Part shown: positions 63,801-64,000 of the stretch, one piece after another
Layout: each line of letters opens with the position of its first letter
Position numbering within the stretch: the first letter of the stretch is position 1
Origin: Promethearchaeota archaeon
Lineage (GTDB): Archaea; Asgardarchaeota; Lokiarchaeia; Sigyniarchaeales; SOKP01
Direction of reading: 5' to 3'
NCBI GenBank assembly: GCA_030599585.1
Contig: JAUVNS010000014.1
Coordinates: forward strand, 42,028 to 106,027
DNA length: 64,000 nt
Position numbers and translations under genes: made by a program
Notes under the pieces: generated by a model
The model's input: only the letters and a program-made list of their open reading frames with translations
Database searches by the model: none
Told to the model about the DNA's origin: nothing

Positions 63801-64000
63801 GGAATTATTCGTATTATAAATATTAAGTCCGGAAAAACCATTTTCATTCAAAATATTGTTTGAAATGGTGATATTAATACAGTTAGTTGAGGAAATACCG
63901 CTGAGATAGTTATTTGAGAAATTTCCGTCTTCGATGAAACCATATAATAAATTTTCTAGTTTTAGTCCAGTATAGGAGTTGTAAAAAGTACAATTTTTCA
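51849..64000 (-). CDS. Giant (>4000 aa, 5' end outside window) NosD/CASH right-handed beta-helix repeat protein with OmpL47-type Ig-like repeats
   Basis: Frame stays open from 63851 to 64000; six GNYWD(D/N)YxGxDxxDxGxGDxP motifs, eight PxT...WY...RSxDxAGNxE-type Ig-like units, helical C-terminus. Confidence 0.9.
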   Translation of the reverse strand, partial: KNCTFYNSYTGLKLENLLYGFIEDGNFSNNYLSGISSTNCINITISNNILNENGFSGLNIYNTNNSFFTDNSIDRNFQLGISVDGNDNNFLRNILRYNGLFGIYALGKSNQFSENLMYGTGFILLPDSFAFYSIENIPSNNLLDGKPVYFYKDMVGLGSEDFINAAQILLYNCNDSLITNLSLVNGSVGVYMVKCYNNLIQDNFISKSMAAIYLVQSNYITINHNNITDNLQMGIYIDRSNFTSIIDNNIEKNLYNGITLYGSSDGVISENTIAFNMIGIDLQLSTNFSIYLNIFIQNSDHALDYGTNNNWDNGSIGNYWDDYPGVDVDDNGIGDTPYSISGSAISIDNYPIWDDGPDFPIPQYWILSPFVIDEDGYGDYTWEEVSNQEWCSGSGSFENPYVLKNLIIDCKGLGSGITIENSSVFFRIENCTVYNASEGEAAIKLVNTHNGLMISNTCTFNQGDGMYLSHCSNITIYQNRVINNDVNGIFMERCEEISVFNNTLNSNSVGIYVRGIFIPFFEWELSINISIVENNIHNNERNGIILLKTSNSYVSKNNISKSLVGVLSLLTNNSLVINNHVRDCIYYGIGGSNDINMNFTKNLMISCGISISGSYSTLSTYSIDTSNLVNKKPVYYYLGRNNLDNADFINPGQIILVNCNDSTISNIEISFTSTALNLFYCNNINIIECNFSDNYHGISLQFSDNNYFFRTILDNNYDSGIYLYESNSNFIFQNDISNSNADLTPNQYQITDPPLRTPSGVGVILLRSYNNRIYENTLISNNVGVFIFEGSYNTITDNIIEDNYEYGLFIDTIISELNLIYCNYFISNLIENALDNATNNQWYNGTIGNYWDDYTGADVNDDGIGDTPYNINGSAGSVDNYPIWEDGPDLPIPQYWILSPFIIDDYGYGDYTWLEVVNEEWCRGSGTQADPYIVENIFIDGGGMDYCISIRNSFVYFILKNCTFINANNGVDLNIVVFGTLQDGNYSNNLNSGINLFGCALISIIDNVIQMNSYYGINLYNTNNSVFSDNSISRNFQVGVYSYASNDNIFLDNVLKYNAMFGIFIHGNANQFSRNLMYGTGFMIMPDSLNSYSMVNIPSDNLLDGKPIYFYRDMIGLGSGDFVNASQIILYNCNESLVSGLLLTNATTGIYMVSCNNNLIENNLISDGIYGIALVYCNYIVMNKNNIVIQQYGGIYVDHSNFTSIIDNNIENSTNNGITISGSTNNTIMDNTISYNYNGITIQWNSEYNVIKNNSINNCAEYGISVYDSPNNLIYLNQFEQNFLHAFEYGTIGNYWDNGIIGNYWDDYSGVDYDDDGIGDTPYYIEGDAGSQDNYPIWDDGPETPSPQIWLLSPFVIDDDGYGDYTWLEVVNEEWCRGSGMLVDPYIIENVIIDCNGSETGIYIRNSDVYFILRNCTVYNAGNDYYYYYGDGIRLEFVTNGVLLDNNCSFNSGSGISLTMSSNISIINNSINENGFMGISSSNSNYTQYIGNTLKDNFMVGLYIHGQFNTFSNNLMYGTGFLIFPDSMEYYTTEDVDTTNLFDDKPIYFYSNEVGLSSDDFINAGQILLYNCNDSSISNLDLISAAIGVYMVSCYNNVIQNNLISNGIIGVYLIQSNYIVINSNDITLQLNGGIFMDRCNFTSINNNNFDNNNYNAISIYGSSNGIISENNITNNMQGINLEGCDFTSIINNNIEYNNYTGITSYGGSNGVITENRIANNQLGINLQSSHYLIYFNSFIQNIEQAMDYGTNNNWDNGTIGNYWDNYDGVDYDDDGIGDVPHLIEGYPGGIDNFPIWDDGPGAPDSNPPTTNIILEGILGDNGWYVSEVFITLTATDDISGVSIIEYSNDSINWITYTGPFTILYEGISTIYYRSIDNAGNIENTLIELVKIDKSYGETTIELIGGKTFGSWHDWDTLIVLSATDTYSGISRIEYSFDGIHWTIYETPFNAPTSGIVSIYYRSADFAGNIELQNSITIKVLYPSFIIDNYGGGDYTWYEAVNEGLCTGVGTLNNPYIIENMVIDAQNLGSGIEIRNSNAYFIIRNCTIFNSSMGSYPDWNAGIKLVNTNNGVIINNNCSNNSYAGIKLYMNSNNNLIVGNIANYNSEGIYIQNCGINKVMMNNVSYNFRGIVALYSNNINISGNIAVYNGYGIQLGETINSYVLDNIANHNSEYGIVVGDYSFISGNIANFNYVGIRMYLGEHNTIINNTASYNIYTGILILYHSSDNIITDNIVYNNEQFGINIWISENTLIYKNDVRGSGTSNAVDDGTNNNWDNGIFGNYWDDYSGVDLNDDGFGDIPYNIPGTAGSIDNFPTWDDGQDDFLPPITTISIEGVQGQNGWYTSTVNIILTAIDDASGVAYTNYSYDGDTWFTYTGVIHLTEDGSATLYYRSVDNMGKIEQYSVVSLKIDRTSPTTTINVSGTPGNAEWYTSDISITLSALDITSGLNFSEYSYDGVYWNLYTISINIDEQGITEFYYRSFDIAGNEEEAKIKLIKIDTTAPTTTISLEGIIGNDNWYVSDVQVTLESVDIYSEVFNTYYSLNGLNWNLYTEPFDILTEGLITLHFYSIDNAGISEEILIESFKIDKTPPNTTINLSGTLGSNNWYVSDVLVSLSATDSISGLNYSEYSYDGVNWNLYSTPLSIGDQGITDFYYRSFDLTGNEEFTKVEIIKIDKSTPTTTINLIGTMGQNEWYTSDVYVSLDASDIYSETIFTHYNINGSDWIAYIGPFYIDFEGEFTFAYKSYDEAGNTEIIKSEIVKIDKTFPETEYSVSQNPCIYNWYRTDVLISLLAVDNISNIAYSEYSYDGINWYTYTNPFNIPYNGKITIHYRSIDKAGNLENFSILSINIVYTQLKIDELSPGMLWSDAVSDGWASGSGTWNDPYIIENIVVRSGLGGPRCIQIFNSEAYFIIRNCTFYTHSGHYSASIGIYLNYVKNAKIIDNICFETTRGMRLTYCENNSIIGNEFNYNWNGGLRFDYSNDNTVVNNKAIYNWYDGFYFYSSHNNNVSGNIIEHNRYSAGFILENCDYNNIHDNELSNNKGGILLIECNYNILSRNNVYFNNGNGFYFSQESQGNILTENSFFANGLSGIYLEHCQNFEIKKNAISSNHKAGIYLKNCSDITIEDNMVGYHIFAYTNHGIGIYLEDCTLIKISNNDLKRNDYSIVLEDTNSTVIMLNSINNCDVRSISVQKCHDIIIRDNIINNYDYLPYADPVGLYLVNSSIITILDNTITKNDIGIYVENSKDSNLTNNVISNNRIAIYIDNSWNDILINNYLSYNEYGIEMYHCENIQILNNTITNNDSGVNIEYCQHIIFKGNNVTDNYYGATLQFEWCFDIHIIENIITGNFEATVASEGDYYFIIGNNICNNEYGSLVLHDIFSYSLVSNNTICNNGEGIILEVVNGTEILGNTIENNQIEGIFMHYCHYNIISNNIISNNINSGIYLEWSDNNIITGNYISNNNGDGIYIENGINNTISNNCLSDNFNGIAIYSCGESLITGNFMEEHRKVGIYLHECFDTEVSDNEIRTNDDYGIIIRYCYSKISILNNTIHQFASGGIILSHSNNVLISGNYLNHSWWGTGIVLAESDNNTILSNILIEGEGIDLTGSHYNFISGNIITVPDDHYGFYGFYIERNSSYNIIRENIISSQHTGIWICSDNSRYNIITENLIINNTLGIHVNTPSYNEYYIYNNVFIGNTDFNAIDDGMNIFWDNGTLGNYWDDYTGVDANDDGIGDTPYNIMGLAGSIDNYPIWDDGQDFFLPSDYLEIIIDILITLGVPESSQHLIEQAILSLTQAKEKFESGMIYEAYDKVKDAVGFLMDAEELGAKTQEITDSIVFLTRYIVEFVMERTIDIVGEDNKFILRAIDDYNTALLMIESEEYDEAVKYFKNSLRNIMKARTKLIVESFVSDLYDRLAEIQDLMSYPIPDQALFDLEQAEQMLLLAIDQANKSLLASSFYKLIEVVVNLLDAEDNGLSTSSIIESLMSNIDDVTYLKILEAESLLLGESNRHLDKALVYFDKAQELWDDGNLKSAISYYAKVIGKVKDALT
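59858..61282. repeat. 63-bp identical direct repeat inside the giant gene (59858-59920 and 61220-61282)
   Basis: ttccagagcctcgacaccactcttcgttgacaacttctaaccaagtataatcaccatacccgt occurs at both positions. Confidence 0.9.

Noticed and set aside
51849-64000. CRISPR array or diversity-generating retroelement in the repeated region
   Set aside because: The repeats are in-frame protein modules; no regular repeat-spacer period, no reverse transcriptase in the window and no adenine-specific mismatch pattern noticed

Overview
AT-rich archaeal chromosomal segment, most consistent with an Asgard archaeon of the Lokiarchaeia type. The assignment is inferred from GGTGA ribosome-binding sites, an NreA with PIP box, longin-like domains fused to TPR and 7TM regions, a gelsolin-domain protein, an SDS22-type LRR protein and a giant NosD/CASH beta-helix protein. 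In order the window holds: a nitronate monooxygenase-like gene and amidohydrolase, nreA, three paralogous MDR oxidoreductases with an Lrp regulator, stress genes (cupin, Hsp20, FprA), a receiver plus PAS histidine kinase pair, MoxR-vWA, a tupABC-moaCADE-moeA-moaB-moeA cluster, two translationally coupled coiled-coil/winged-helix genes next to a kinase-fold gene, DUF166, a P1B ATPase, tRNA-Leu(CAG), TPR-longin, gelsolin, DedA, a non-Pyl MttB/corrinoid/PLP-lyase cluster, two tandem 7TM-longin genes, an orphan m6A methyltransferase and the 3' part of a >4000-aa repetitive surface protein. I saw no CRISPR array, rRNA or transposase. The best candidates for undescribed biology are the 7TM-longin receptor pair, the coiled-coil/winged-helix pair and repeated signs of AUA/AUU/AUC initiation, including at the MoxR-vWA junction. 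All domain calls come from motif recognition by eye; no database search was run.
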